Assembly (NCBI GenBank): GCA_043801595.1
Contig: JAZDLW010000022.1
Span: 26,812 to 90,811, forward strand
Direction: 5' to 3'
Source: Candidatus Aenigmatarchaeota archaeon
GTDB lineage: Archaea; Aenigmatarchaeota; Aenigmatarchaeia; JACPZZ01
Length of the DNA: 64,000 nt
Part shown: positions 1-9,621 of the stretch, one piece after another
Layout: every line of letters starts with the position of its first letter
Numbering within the stretch: position 1 is the stretch's first letter
The notes under the pieces: model-generated
The model's input: only the letters and a program-made list of their open reading frames with translations
The model's database searches: none
Told to the model about the DNA's origin: nothing
Position numbers and translations under genes: made by a program

Positions 1-858
1 GAGATCAACAAAGATATCATTGTGCAACCTGCTTATACGCTGACTGAATTCTGGGACATGGTACGAACATCGCACCCGCTGATATACAATTTTATCAGGG
101 ACGGTATTCCAGTTTACGACACGGGTTTTTTCATGCCCATAAAACGCCTGCTTGAAATGGGTCGCATACCTGCGACCAAAGAAGCCGCGGACGCGCTTTT
201 GGACAAGGCGCCGAAGCGATTGCGCAGGATATCCGAGGTAAAATTGTACATGGTCGCGGAAGACTGCTACTATGCAATGGTTGATATAACCCAGGCCGTT
301 TTAATGTCGCTGGGTTTTGCGCCCCCTTCACCGGGAAAAGCGGCCGATGAATTCCGAAGACACCTCGTAGACACGAAAATAGTCGAAGGAAAATACGCGG
401 ATTGGCTGGATGCGATAAACGAGTTCCGCAAGGATGTGGAGCATAAAAAAATAAACGAGATAACTGGATCCGAACTAGACGAGTGGATGAAAAAAGCCAA
501 CGAATTCGTTGAAAAGATGCTGCAGGTTTCCGGAGGATTGGAGTTAAAGAAAAAGGAAAGGATAGTCGAGAAAAGCTATGACGTGATGACAAAGGCGATT
601 GTTGCCGCGTTAAAATCGGTAAATAAGCTGCCAAACGAGCAGGCTGAAATTCCGAGCGCTTTCAAGAAATACCTGGTGGACGAGGGGCTTGTCGAAAAGC
701 ATTATATCGATATATTCAACCGCCTTGAAGAGATGAGAAACAAAGTGCACGACGGAAGGATAACGGAGATACCGGACAAGGACATATATTCGCACAGGGA
801 ATATGTCAGGAAGTTTATCCATCACATCGGCAAGATAGTAAAGGAAGACGAACAATAA
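1..858 (+). CDS. Nucleotidyltransferase (MNT)-HEPN-HEPN protein, 5'-truncated by window edge
   Basis: Frame is open from the window start (ORF track 22..858). Shares 'FWDxxRxxxPxxYxxIRDGxPxYD..FFxPxKRLLxxGRIPxTKEA' with 19374..20123 and 20120..21199. HEPN-like helical repeats carry RKDVEH and RNKVH. Confidence 0.7.
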   Translation, partial: EINKDIIVQPAYTLTEFWDMVRTSHPLIYNFIRDGIPVYDTGFFMPIKRLLEMGRIPATKEAADALLDKAPKRLRRISEVKLYMVAEDCYYAMVDITQAVLMSLGFAPPSPGKAADEFRRHLVDTKIVEGKYADWLDAINEFRKDVEHKKINEITGSELDEWMKKANEFVEKMLQVSGGLELKKKERIVEKSYDVMTKAIVAALKSVNKLPNEQAEIPSAFKKYLVDEGLVEKHYIDIFNRLEEMRNKVHDGRITEIPDKDIYSHREYVRKFIHHIGKIVKEDEQ

Positions 859-877
859 ATTTCCGGATTTTATTTTT

Positions 878-1435
878 ATGAGCCAGAACATTGTAGCGAA
901 AACCAGGGAATTCGTAAAGAATGCGTTTGTAGATAATCCGAGCTACAGCTTTGGTGACTGGTCCGTGATGTACGAACACAGCATACTTGTGCAGCAAATC
1001 GCGCTATTGATTTCTTCCACTGTTAATGCTGACAAATTCGTAATTTCCGTCGCAAGCCTTCTTCACGACATAGGAAAGACGCACGACGCCGACGAAAAAA
1101 CGCTGCACGCGGAACATGAAAAATTTAATCTGGCTATGTGCGAAAAATTCCTCGACGGACTTGATATGAGCGAAGGTAATAGAATCAAAATAAAGCGCAT
1201 AATTTCTTTTGAAGAAGTTTCGGTTGAAACAAAGATAATCAAGGACGCAGATGCGCTTGCGTTTTACGCCGATAAAAGACTGCACACGCTTTTTTTAGAA
1301 TGGGCAACCAAGAACGGCTACGACGCGGATATAGAAAAGAAACTGGACAAATTCTCTAAATTGAATTTCGACATAAGCAAAACCACGGGAAAAGCGTGGT
1401 TCGAACAGATTAAGCGTGACTGGAAGAGAGCATGA
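878..1435 (+). CDS. HD-domain phosphohydrolase
   Basis: H...LLHDIGK...H...DAD motifs. Confidence 0.8.
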   Translation: MSQNIVAKTREFVKNAFVDNPSYSFGDWSVMYEHSILVQQIALLISSTVNADKFVISVASLLHDIGKTHDADEKTLHAEHEKFNLAMCEKFLDGLDMSEGNRIKIKRIISFEEVSVETKIIKDADALAFYADKRLHTLFLEWATKNGYDADIEKKLDKFSKLNFDISKTTGKAWFEQIKRDWKRA

Positions 1436-2520
1436 AGACGATAAAGGAAGGATTAGTCATGCTGCACATACCCGACAGCGCAAATGACGTTTTTTATAAT
1501 CCGGAGATGGAGATGTCGCGAGACATATCGGTGGCGTTTTTGCAAAGCATCGAAGATAAAAAAATGTCCGTTTGCGACCTGTTGTCCGCAACCGGCGCAA
1601 GGGCTGTGCGGTATGCGAAAGAAGTCGATTCTGTTGAAAGGGTGTTAGCAAACGACGGCAACGAGGTCGCGGAAAAATATATTTCCGAGAACGCCTCGAT
1701 TAACAATGTCGGCAAAAAGGTTTTTGCATCGTGCAGCGGCGCAAACACTTTTCTCGCGTCCCACAAAAACGAATTCGATTTCATCGACATAGACCCGTTC
1801 GGTTCTCCAGTCTATTATCTCGAAGAATTTTCGCGAACTGTCAAGCCGAACTCGTACGCGGCGATAACCGCGACAGACTGCGGCGCGCTTTCCGGCGTTT
1901 TCGCTGATACATGCTTTCGTCGTTATGGCGTCAAACTTGGAAGAACAGAATGCTTCAAGGAAGTCGGAATCAGAAATTTACTGGGCGTAGTAGCGTCGTC
2001 ACTGGCGTCGCGAGGGTTTTCCATAAAACCCCTGTTGTCGCATGTTACGCTGCATTATTTCAGGATCATACTGGAAATAAACGGTGGTATACGGAATGAA
2101 ACGAAACGATTTTACCACTGCGATAAATGCGGATACTGTACATTTGAAAAAGCGGATAAATGCGGGCACAAACCCGATGAACTGGGTCCGATATGGGCAG
2201 GAAAACTTCACGACAAAAGCGCGTGTTTCAGGATATTGGATAAACTTAACAGCGGAACATTCGGCAGGAAAACGGACGCGAAAAGAGTTTTGCTGTCAAT
2301 AATCGAGGAGGCGGACTATCCGTTTTATTACGACGTGCACGATATGTCGGAACGGTTTTCAACCGATACGCCGTCAATGGACGGCATAATGCGCAAATTA
2401 AGATCGCGCGGTTTCACAGTCACACGCACGCACTTTTCGGACAGCGCGATAAAAACGAATGCAAATATATCGGATGTCAACGGTTTATTCGGAACGGGAG
2501 TAGACAACAAACACGGATGA
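1432..2520 (+). CDS. trm1: tRNA (guanine-26-N2)-dimethyltransferase
   Basis: VFYNPEM..RD, LSATGARAVRY, DIDPFGSP, TATD, CxxC, THFS motifs. Confidence 0.95.
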   Translation: MKTIKEGLVMLHIPDSANDVFYNPEMEMSRDISVAFLQSIEDKKMSVCDLLSATGARAVRYAKEVDSVERVLANDGNEVAEKYISENASINNVGKKVFASCSGANTFLASHKNEFDFIDIDPFGSPVYYLEEFSRTVKPNSYAAITATDCGALSGVFADTCFRRYGVKLGRTECFKEVGIRNLLGVVASSLASRGFSIKPLLSHVTLHYFRIILEINGGIRNETKRFYHCDKCGYCTFEKADKCGHKPDELGPIWAGKLHDKSACFRILDKLNSGTFGRKTDAKRVLLSIIEEADYPFYYDVHDMSERFSTDTPSMDGIMRKLRSRGFTVTRTHFSDSAIKTNANISDVNGLFGTGVDNKHG

Positions 2521-3042
2521 CAAAAGCACGATTAAAAACCAGAGGGCGCCGAACGAAGGGACGTTTGACGTGTTAACGCTGGATTTTATGCGGAATGAAA
2601 AGTTGTCCTTGTTGTCAAGGATGTTGACAGCCATTATGTCGAAGTCTATTTCGCTGTTTTTCGACACGAGACCAGTCAGCGTAATCGCAGCCGATGCGGC
2701 ATTGCCGTGCGGTACCAAAACGGTCGGCGCAGACGCCACCATGGACACCTCTGCGGTGAAATTCGGATAATATTTTATGGCGTACGTTTTGTCTACAAGT
2801 CCGTTGTTCGCTATCCTCGCATTTACGACAGTGCTACCATCCAGAGGCACGAGAACGTTTGCAATATTTACAGCGTCTATGAAACAGACGTTTGTACAAA
2901 AATTTTCCGTGTCTGCGTAAACTCCTCCAGCCATTAAGCGCGATATCAGGCCGTTTTGCCATGCATAGGCCGCTCCGACTAGGACAACAGCACCCAGCGT
3001 AAGCATTATGATCGATATTACGTTTGTAACTCCCTTTGTCAT
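2485..3042 (-). CDS. Pilin-like protein with class III signal peptide and C-terminal TM sorting-like tail
   Basis: N-term MTKG|VTNVISIIMLTLGAVVLVGAAYAW; C-term VPSFG + hydrophobic helix + basic residue. Confidence 0.6.
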   Translation of the reverse strand: MTKGVTNVISIIMLTLGAVVLVGAAYAWQNGLISRLMAGGVYADTENFCTNVCFIDAVNIANVLVPLDGSTVVNARIANNGLVDKTYAIKYYPNFTAEVSMVASAPTVLVPHGNAASAAITLTGLVSKNSEIDFDIMAVNILDNKDNFSFRIKSSVNTSNVPSFGALWFLIVLLSSVFVVYSRSE

Positions 3043-3106
3043 CGCAGCGCCCTTGAAGAAATCAAAACATAGGAAACCGAATAAAAAAAATAAAAACCGG
3101 CCGGCT

Positions 3107-3313
3107 CTATCGTGAGCCGAGCCTTCTGCCTTTAACGAATTTCCACAGCTTCTTTGTCATCTCGCTGGGAGCTATCGGGTTGCGCCCAAACACCTGTTCA
3201 AGTGTTTCTTTGCGTCCGTTGAAGTTTATTGAATATCCGCCAAAAGGTTTTTTACCTCTGGTTTTTTTCGCAGGCTTCTTTGCAGCCTTGGTTTTTTTGA
3301 AAATCCCAAACAT
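3107..3313 (-). CDS. Stand-alone SWIB/MDM2-domain protein with Lys-rich N-terminus
   Basis: LEQVFGRNPIAPSEMTKKLWKFVK resembles the SWIB core (LxxxxG.....RxxxxKxLWxYIK); GGGAGG RBS upstream. Confidence 0.65.
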   Translation of the reverse strand: MFGIFKKTKAAKKPAKKTRGKKPFGGYSINFNGRKETLEQVFGRNPIAPSEMTKKLWKFVKGRRLGSR

Positions 3314-3400
3314 TTGTTTTCCTCCCTATGTTTTACGCCGACCTTGAGCCGACTAATTAATAACGGTTTTCAGAGAATATAAATCAACGGCGAATCAAAC

Positions 3401-4351
3401 TTATGCGCCGCCGATCGTTTCGATGTTTTTCTCGACTTCCTCTTCTATGCCGAGCTTGTTTACGATCTCTTTGTATCTGTTGCGGATTGTGACCTCGGTC
3501 ACGCCAACCACATCGGCAACTTCGCGCTGCGTTCTTCGTTCGCCGCACAATACGGCCGCTATGTACAACGCGGCTGCAGCGACACCGGTCGGGCCTTTGC
3601 CGGATGTGACGTCGAACTTACTCGCCTTTTCCAGTACGTCGATAGCACGAGCCTGGACTTTGTCATTAAGATTCAGCATCGACGCGAAGCGCGGTATGTA
3701 ATCCTGCGGTTTTGCGGGCAATATTCTGATCCCGATTTCGCGTGAAACGTAACGGTACGTCTTTCCGATTTCGCGTTTCTCAACACCTGACGCCTCTGCT
3801 ATTTCGTCCAAAGTTCTGGGAGTGTTATATTCGCGGCACATCGCATACATCAACGCTGCGATTACGGATTCCATTGAGCGCCCTCTGACAAGGCCTTTGT
3901 CTACGGCCTGTTCGTACAATTGCGCGACTTGTTCATGAACGCTTTTTGACAAACCGAGGAAAGAAACCAGTCTTTGGAGTTCTGATAAAGCATATGACAA
4001 GTTTCTGTCTTTGCTTTCGATGAGCCTTTTGTGCCATTTTTGCAGCCTGTAATATTGCGCGCGCTTCTTTGTTGAGACTTTGAAAAGTTCGCCAGGCCCC
4101 TTTCCGATTTCGGTTGTCATGCCTTTGTCGTGTTTGGTGTGCGTCAGCGGAGCGCCGGTGCGTGCACGCTTGGAGCGTTGCTCCTCGTCGAATGCGCGCC
4201 ATTCCTGGGTCATGTCTATCATTGATTCTTTTACCACAAGGCCGCATTTCATGCACACCAATTCAGCACGGCTTGAGTCCTCAGACAATCGCTTTGAGCC
4301 GCATTCCGGACAAACGAGTTCTTTCTTTTTTTCCTCTTTTTTGATCATCAT
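3401..4351 (-). CDS. tfb: Transcription initiation factor B
   Basis: Zn ribbon CPEC..CMKCG, EWRAF B-reader, two cyclin repeats, GVTEVTIRNRYKE. Confidence 0.98.
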   Translation of the reverse strand: MMIKKEEKKKELVCPECGSKRLSEDSSRAELVCMKCGLVVKESMIDMTQEWRAFDEEQRSKRARTGAPLTHTKHDKGMTTEIGKGPGELFKVSTKKRAQYYRLQKWHKRLIESKDRNLSYALSELQRLVSFLGLSKSVHEQVAQLYEQAVDKGLVRGRSMESVIAALMYAMCREYNTPRTLDEIAEASGVEKREIGKTYRYVSREIGIRILPAKPQDYIPRFASMLNLNDKVQARAIDVLEKASKFDVTSGKGPTGVAAAALYIAAVLCGERRTQREVADVVGVTEVTIRNRYKEIVNKLGIEEEVEKNIETIGGA

Positions 4352-4491
4352 AGCAGTTCCTCAATAAGCAGTTATAGCTAAATAGTCTTCGCAGTTAAGT
4401 ATTTAAGCTTTTGGGTGTTTATAAGCCGCTGCGCACAACGAGTTTCGATACAGGTCGGTTTTGACCGTATTGCGGCGTAAACGAACCAACG

Positions 4492-4499
4492 TATATAAA
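4492..4499 (+). promoter_or_regulatory. TATA box of histone gene
   Basis: TATATAAA about 30 nt upstream of the ATG at 4531. Confidence 0.5.
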
Positions 4500-4530
4500 T
4501 TCCAGTTTTCAATGTAGATTTGGCGAAAAT

Positions 4531-4734
4531 ATGGCAGGTTCTTTCCCTTCGGCTCCTTTAGAAAGGATTGCGCGCAAGGCTGGTGCAGAACGCGTTTCGG
4601 CGTCTGCGGTTGAGGCGTTAAACGAAATTTTGACTGAGATTGCCGAACAGATCGCAAAAGAGGCTGCCGCAGTGTCGAACCATGCTGGGCGCGTGACGAT
4701 TAAGCGCGATGACATAAAGCTGGCTTCGCGGTAA
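4531..4734 (+). CDS. Archaeal histone (HMf family)
   Basis: APLERIARKAGAERVS...HAGRVTIKRDDIKLA. Confidence 0.95.
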   Translation: MAGSFPSAPLERIARKAGAERVSASAVEALNEILTEIAEQIAKEAAAVSNHAGRVTIKRDDIKLASR

Positions 4735-5433
4735 TCACCGAAGCTTTACTTCTCCGGTAATATTTTCAAGGGACCTGATCAGCGGGTCGTCGGGTTTTTT
4801 GTGGTAGATTTCCGTGTACAGCGTTTTGATGACGCTCCGCACGTCTTCGGCCTTCAAATTTTTTTCCTTTTTCTGGAAAAAGATCATCAAGTCCATTTTC
4901 ACAGGTTCGCCGTTGCTGTAAGACGGTTGCACATAGTTTATTTTTTCCATGGACTTGGCACCGAATCTCCTGCGGTAATAATTCTGTCTCCTTCTGGCAC
5001 TGTCAACTAAATTTTTCGGCACACCCTCTTCTGTGTCGACTTCACCAATGAAGCCAAGAGAATTTTTTAATCTGGATCTGAAGCGCTTCTTGAAAAACTT
5101 GATGAATTTACTGCCTAAATCCTTGTTCCTGTATTCGGGGATTGTTGCCAAATAATTTCCAAAAACGAAATTCGGGAAAGTCTTTACTATGGCCATGCCA
5201 ATTACATCGCAGCCCTTCTTCGATACGAACAGGTGATAATTCGGATCGGATTTTATCCGGTGGGCTATTTCCTCGGGCGGTGCAAGCTCTTCCGGAGGAA
5301 ACGATTTTTTATATATGTCCATGGCATTGCTAAAATCGTTGCCCGAAGCGTTTCTGGTTTCATAGATCCTTACGCGCGCGCCCAGATATTTTTTTTCTAG
5401 ATAATTCCTCACACCGGAGATATTCAACGACAT
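4735..5433 (-). CDS. GNAT family N-acetyltransferase
   Basis: IYKKSFPPEE, YLATIPEYRNKDLGS (motif A), RRQNYY..FG, YVQP. Start set to MSLNISG to avoid overlap with eIF5A. Confidence 0.75.
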   Translation of the reverse strand: MSLNISGVRNYLEKKYLGARVRIYETRNASGNDFSNAMDIYKKSFPPEELAPPEEIAHRIKSDPNYHLFVSKKGCDVIGMAIVKTFPNFVFGNYLATIPEYRNKDLGSKFIKFFKKRFRSRLKNSLGFIGEVDTEEGVPKNLVDSARRRQNYYRRRFGAKSMEKINYVQPSYSNGEPVKMDLMIFFQKKEKNLKAEDVRSVIKTLYTEIYHKKPDDPLIRSLENITGEVKLR

Positions 5434-5502
5434 GATAACAGTAACAAATTGAATACATTTAAACATGCAGTGATCATAATGTTTATTGATTTGTGATATA
5501 GC

Positions 5503-5904
5503 ATGGCTGAAACTACAACAACTTCGATAAAACACCTTAAACCGGGTCAGTTCGTTCTTATTGACGGCGAAGTATGCCGCGTAGCGAGCATCGACATGTC
5601 GAAATCAGGAAAGCACGGTTCAGCGAAAGCGAGGATGGAGGCCAATGGCGTTTTTGACGGGCGAAGAAGATCAATAGTAAAACCGGCGGATTCCGAGATC
5701 GATGTCCCGATCATACTGAAAAAAATCGGGCAGGTGCTTGCCATTTCCGGAAGCATAGCACAGATGATGGACATGCAGGATTATTCGCAGTTTGAAGCGG
5801 AAATACCGGACGAGCTTAAAGCCGAAATCAAGGAAGGAAGCGAAGTTTCGTACTGGGAAGTGACCGGTAGAAAGATATTGCGCGAAGTCAAGAGCGAATC
5901 CTAA
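5503..5904 (+). CDS. eif5a: Translation factor aIF5A
   Basis: SKSGKHGSAK hypusination motif. Confidence 0.97.
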   Translation: MAETTTTSIKHLKPGQFVLIDGEVCRVASIDMSKSGKHGSAKARMEANGVFDGRRRSIVKPADSEIDVPIILKKIGQVLAISGSIAQMMDMQDYSQFEAEIPDELKAEIKEGSEVSYWEVTGRKILREVKSES

Positions 5905-5906
5905 AA

Positions 5907-6782
5907 TTATATTTTACTTTTTAGCTGTGCCATAGTTTCCATGAAAAATTTCGAGGCTGTCATTTCTGTAACATTGTTGTCCGGGAGCGGACGCAACTCG
6001 ACTATATCCATGCCCACTATTTTTTTGGCGTTTTTTAAAACTTTTATCAGTTCCAAAGCCTCGTGATACAAAATACCGTCCGGTTCGGGCGTTCCTACGC
6101 CAGGCGCGATTCCCGGGTCAAAACCGTCCATGTCTATTGTTATGTAAACGTTCGAGTCTTTGACGAAATTTTCCAATTTTTTCTTTGCAGCGCCAAAATC
6201 TTCGCGCAGCTGGTAGCGGAATATGATATTGTCCTTGAACTTCATGTTTGCTGCCGGCGACGCCCTTATTCCGATTCCAAGGATGTTTCTGTTTCCGATC
6301 TTGTCAGCACAAAGGTGCATTGCGCAGGCGTGATCAAACTTGCTTCCCTCGAACTCTTCACGCATGTCGTCGTGGGCGTCTATTTGCACGACTTTCAGAT
6401 CCTTGAATTTTTCCGCACATGCCCACACACAACCAGCGGTTAAAGTGTGCTCGCCGCCGATCATTACCGGAAATTTATTTTTCTTCAGAATGTGCGCTGT
6501 CTGCTCCTGAACCCGCTTAATGGTCGCTTCGGCGCTTTCCTTGACAACTTCCAATTCGCCCAGATCGAAGAAGCCTATGTCGAGAAGGTTCGTGTTGGTC
6601 TTGATGTCGTAAACTTCGTTCTGCACAAATGCTTCGCGAAATACCTTCGGACCAAACCTGCTTCCTGAAAGATAACATACGGTAGCATCGAATGGCGCAC
6701 CGAAAAACCACACCCTGCACTTTTTCGGATCCGGAACGTATCCGGGCGCGTTCAGTCCCATCGGATATAGAAGGTCTGACAT
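5907..6782 (-). CDS. speB: Agmatinase (ureohydrolase family)
   Basis: GGEHT, DAHDD, DMDGFDPGIAPGVGTPEPDG. Confidence 0.9.
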   Translation of the reverse strand: MSDLLYPMGLNAPGYVPDPKKCRVWFFGAPFDATVCYLSGSRFGPKVFREAFVQNEVYDIKTNTNLLDIGFFDLGELEVVKESAEATIKRVQEQTAHILKKNKFPVMIGGEHTLTAGCVWACAEKFKDLKVVQIDAHDDMREEFEGSKFDHACAMHLCADKIGNRNILGIGIRASPAANMKFKDNIIFRYQLREDFGAAKKKLENFVKDSNVYITIDMDGFDPGIAPGVGTPEPDGILYHEALELIKVLKNAKKIVGMDIVELRPLPDNNVTEMTASKFFMETMAQLKSKI

Positions 6783-6934
6783 GTATTGAGTTGTGGTGCG
6801 CAGGATTTAAATTTATATTGCCGTACACGCCGTTTCAGCGGTCGTACAGTTCACGGTTCAAACCGGATATCATGCCCTGTTTATGACGGCAAAGTTATTT
6901 AAATTGCAGCCAAGATCTGATATTACGTGATATT

Positions 6935-7435
6935 TTGTCCGATAACAACCGTCCGGATTTTGACGAATATTTCATGAGAATCGCAGTTGAAGTCGCGTCG
7001 CGTGCAACATGCCTGCGGCGTCACGTGGGTGCGGTAATGGTAAAAGATAAGCGAATAATTTCTACAGGCTACAACGGTTCGCCTTCAGGAGCGCTGCATT
7101 GTACTGATATTGGGTGTTTGTTGGCTAAGCGTGACGACGAGGACGGATCAACGAAAGAACATTGTATACGCACAGTTCATGCAGAGGAGAACGCGATTCT
7201 CCATGCTGCGAGACACGGGGTAAGCACCGAAGGTGCTACGATTTACGTTACAGCAGGCCCGCCGTGCGTCGCGTGCGCGAAAAACCTGATAAATGCGGGC
7301 GTAAAGAGAATAGTCTATGTCGGAAATTATCCGGGTGAGCATGCTGTCAAATTTTTGAAGGCTGCGAATGTAGAACTCGTTCCGATTGAACAGTCGATTA
7401 TCAAAACGAAGCGAATCGATCCTCTTTGTTTCTGA
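6935..7435 (+). CDS. dCMP deaminase (ComEB family)
   Basis: TGYNG, HAEENAI, PPCVAC. Confidence 0.9.
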   Translation: MSDNNRPDFDEYFMRIAVEVASRATCLRRHVGAVMVKDKRIISTGYNGSPSGALHCTDIGCLLAKRDDEDGSTKEHCIRTVHAEENAILHAARHGVSTEGATIYVTAGPPCVACAKNLINAGVKRIVYVGNYPGEHAVKFLKAANVELVPIEQSIIKTKRIDPLCF

Positions 7436-7450
7436 TAAACAGATTTAATC

Positions 7451-7488
7451 TAAGCCTTTTCCAAAAGGCTTAAGCGAAAAGAGAATGG
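7451..7488 (+). repeat. Family C palindrome (empty copy)
   Basis: TAAGCCTTTT-CC-AAAAGGCTTA followed by AGCGAAAAGAGAATGG; near-identical architecture at 16487..16522. Confidence 0.6.
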
Positions 7489-7524
7489 AAGAACGTTTAA
7501 TCAGGAAAGACGCGTTATCATGGT

Positions 7525-8157
7525 ATGAAAGGCCAGTTTTTCCCGTATGCAGACTCTATAAAAACGAAAAAATTCCCGCTTGTTACGTATTCATTGATCG
7601 CCGCGAACATAATCATATTTATCGCCAGCTTGACCGATTTCGAGAATATAATAAATTTTTTCGGCTTTGTCCCAGCGCTGTTTCCGTCAATGCACACGAT
7701 CATAACAATATTTACATCGATGTTCCTGCATGCGGGAATAGACCATATATTCGGTAACATGTGGTATTTGTGGATTTTCGGCGACAATGTCGAGGATAAG
7801 CTTGGAAGAGTGAACTTTATCGGCCTGTATTTTTTGTCGGGCATAGCGGCTAATTTTGTCCAATATGTCGTTGATACATCCTCGATAATCCCGTCGATCG
7901 GCGCTTCGGGAGCGATATCTGGAATACTCGGAAGCTATCTGATACTGTTTCCGAAAGCGTCGATAAAAACATCCACAGGTCTGGCGCTTGTGGATTATCC
8001 GGCATGGCTTGTGATAGGTTTGTGGTTTGTAATGCAGCTGTTTTTCGGCTTCGCTTCTCTTGCCGGGTCGGGCGGAAGCAACATAGCTTTCTGGGCCCAC
8101 ATAGGAGGATTCGTTTTCGGTTACGTTGCTACAAAGGCTGTTAAGAAATTACGATAA
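7525..8157 (+). CDS. Rhomboid intramembrane serine protease
   Basis: MFLHAG..HIFGNM, GASG, AHIGG. Confidence 0.95.
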   Translation: MKGQFFPYADSIKTKKFPLVTYSLIAANIIIFIASLTDFENIINFFGFVPALFPSMHTIITIFTSMFLHAGIDHIFGNMWYLWIFGDNVEDKLGRVNFIGLYFLSGIAANFVQYVVDTSSIIPSIGASGAISGILGSYLILFPKASIKTSTGLALVDYPAWLVIGLWFVMQLFFGFASLAGSGGSNIAFWAHIGGFVFGYVATKAVKKLR

Positions 8158-8181
8158 ATAGAGGGGAGTGTTAAATTAATT

Positions 8182-9558
8182 ATGGAAAAAGTTATCCGGC
8201 GGGTTCTTAGGAAAATTTCTCCGAGCAAAAAGGAAAGCGATGATATCAGAAAGATTTCGCTGTCTTTTCTCGGGGCTGTCCGCAAATATGCAGACAAATA
8301 TTCAGCCGAAACCATACTGGCCGGATCGATAACGAGAAACACATGGCTGAAAGACAAAAAGGAAATTGACATATTCATAGCATTGCCGGAAAGTGTCAGC
8401 GAGTCGCAGCTTGAGAAGATAGGTTTGTCGGTTGGAAAGGCCGCGATAAAATCGCTTGGTGGGCGTTATGTAATCTCATTTGCTCAGCATCCGTATGTCC
8501 GGGGCAGGGTCGGAAAATACGAGGTCGATATTGTGCCGTGCTACAATCTTTCGTCAGCCGAAAAAATAAAATCCGCTGTTGACCGCACGCCATTTCATGT
8601 GAGATTTATTGAGAATAACATGGACTCAAAGCAATCCGATGACGTAAGATTGTTAAAGCAATTCTGCAAATCAATCGGGGTTTACGGCGCAGACTTGAAA
8701 ACCGAGGGCATTCCGGGTTATCTGTGCGATCTGCTTGTTATAAAGTACGGATCGTTTGCAAGCGCAATCAAGGCGATTTCGGAATGGAAACCGGGCCATG
8801 CGATAAGATTTAACGATGCGAAAAGCGATTCGAAATTCGAACAGCAGCCGTTTATACTAATCGATCCTGTTGATCCGAAAAGAAACGTGGCAGCAGCGTT
8901 GTCGCCGCGAAACTTTGAAAAACTTGTGCGCAGCGCGAACGCATTCTGCGAAAAACCGTCGGAAAAGTTTTTTTCAATCCAGGCGAAAAGGCCGATGGAA
9001 AAATACGAGTTCGTAAAGTTGATCAAGGCGAGGAAAACAAGGGTGATTTCGATAACGTTCAAGCCTCCAAAAACCGTTCCGGATATTTTGTGGCCGCAGC
9101 TAAGGCGCGCGACGGAAAGGATAGCAGGCATGCTCAGGGAAAACGATTTCCGCGCAATGAAGCATGCATCGTGGACTGACGAAAATAAAACGGCGGTAAT
9201 TTTGCTTGAGATGGAGGTTTTTCGATTACCCGATGTCAAAAAAATGACAGGGCCGTCGGTGTTTGCGCACGCCAATGCGCGCAACTTCATCGAGCGATAC
9301 GACGTTAGCAACACGAAGCCATACATCGAGGGCGTTAACTGGATGGCGGAGATAAAAAGGAAATATACAGATGCGTCGGCTTACGTCAAAATAAAACTCA
9401 GCCAAAACAGGAAAACGTTGGCTGACATGGGAATTCCGAGCCACATTGCAGACGCGATGTCCGGCGGATTTAAAGTGAACGAAGACGGAGATTTATACGA
9501 GGTAATAAATTCCAACAAAGGCGCGAAGGCATTTGTAAGGGATTTTTTCGGACGTTGA
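8182..9558 (+). CDS. cca: CCA tRNA nucleotidyltransferase (class I)
   Basis: GSITRNTWL..EIDIF, QHPYV, SAVDRTPFH, DPVDPKRNVAAALS. Confidence 0.96.
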   Translation: MEKVIRRVLRKISPSKKESDDIRKISLSFLGAVRKYADKYSAETILAGSITRNTWLKDKKEIDIFIALPESVSESQLEKIGLSVGKAAIKSLGGRYVISFAQHPYVRGRVGKYEVDIVPCYNLSSAEKIKSAVDRTPFHVRFIENNMDSKQSDDVRLLKQFCKSIGVYGADLKTEGIPGYLCDLLVIKYGSFASAIKAISEWKPGHAIRFNDAKSDSKFEQQPFILIDPVDPKRNVAAALSPRNFEKLVRSANAFCEKPSEKFFSIQAKRPMEKYEFVKLIKARKTRVISITFKPPKTVPDILWPQLRRATERIAGMLRENDFRAMKHASWTDENKTAVILLEMEVFRLPDVKKMTGPSVFAHANARNFIERYDVSNTKPYIEGVNWMAEIKRKYTDASAYVKIKLSQNRKTLADMGIPSHIADAMSGGFKVNEDGDLYEVINSNKGAKAFVRDFFGR

Positions 9559-9621
9559 TTTTGGAAAGTGAGTTTTGCCCAACTATGATAACAATTTAAT
9601 ATAACACGCACAACTCACCTT

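Noticed and set aside
5434..5535. Upstream extension of the GNAT ORF
   Set aside because: It overlaps the eIF5A start and the shared promoter region; the downstream Met is more plausible.
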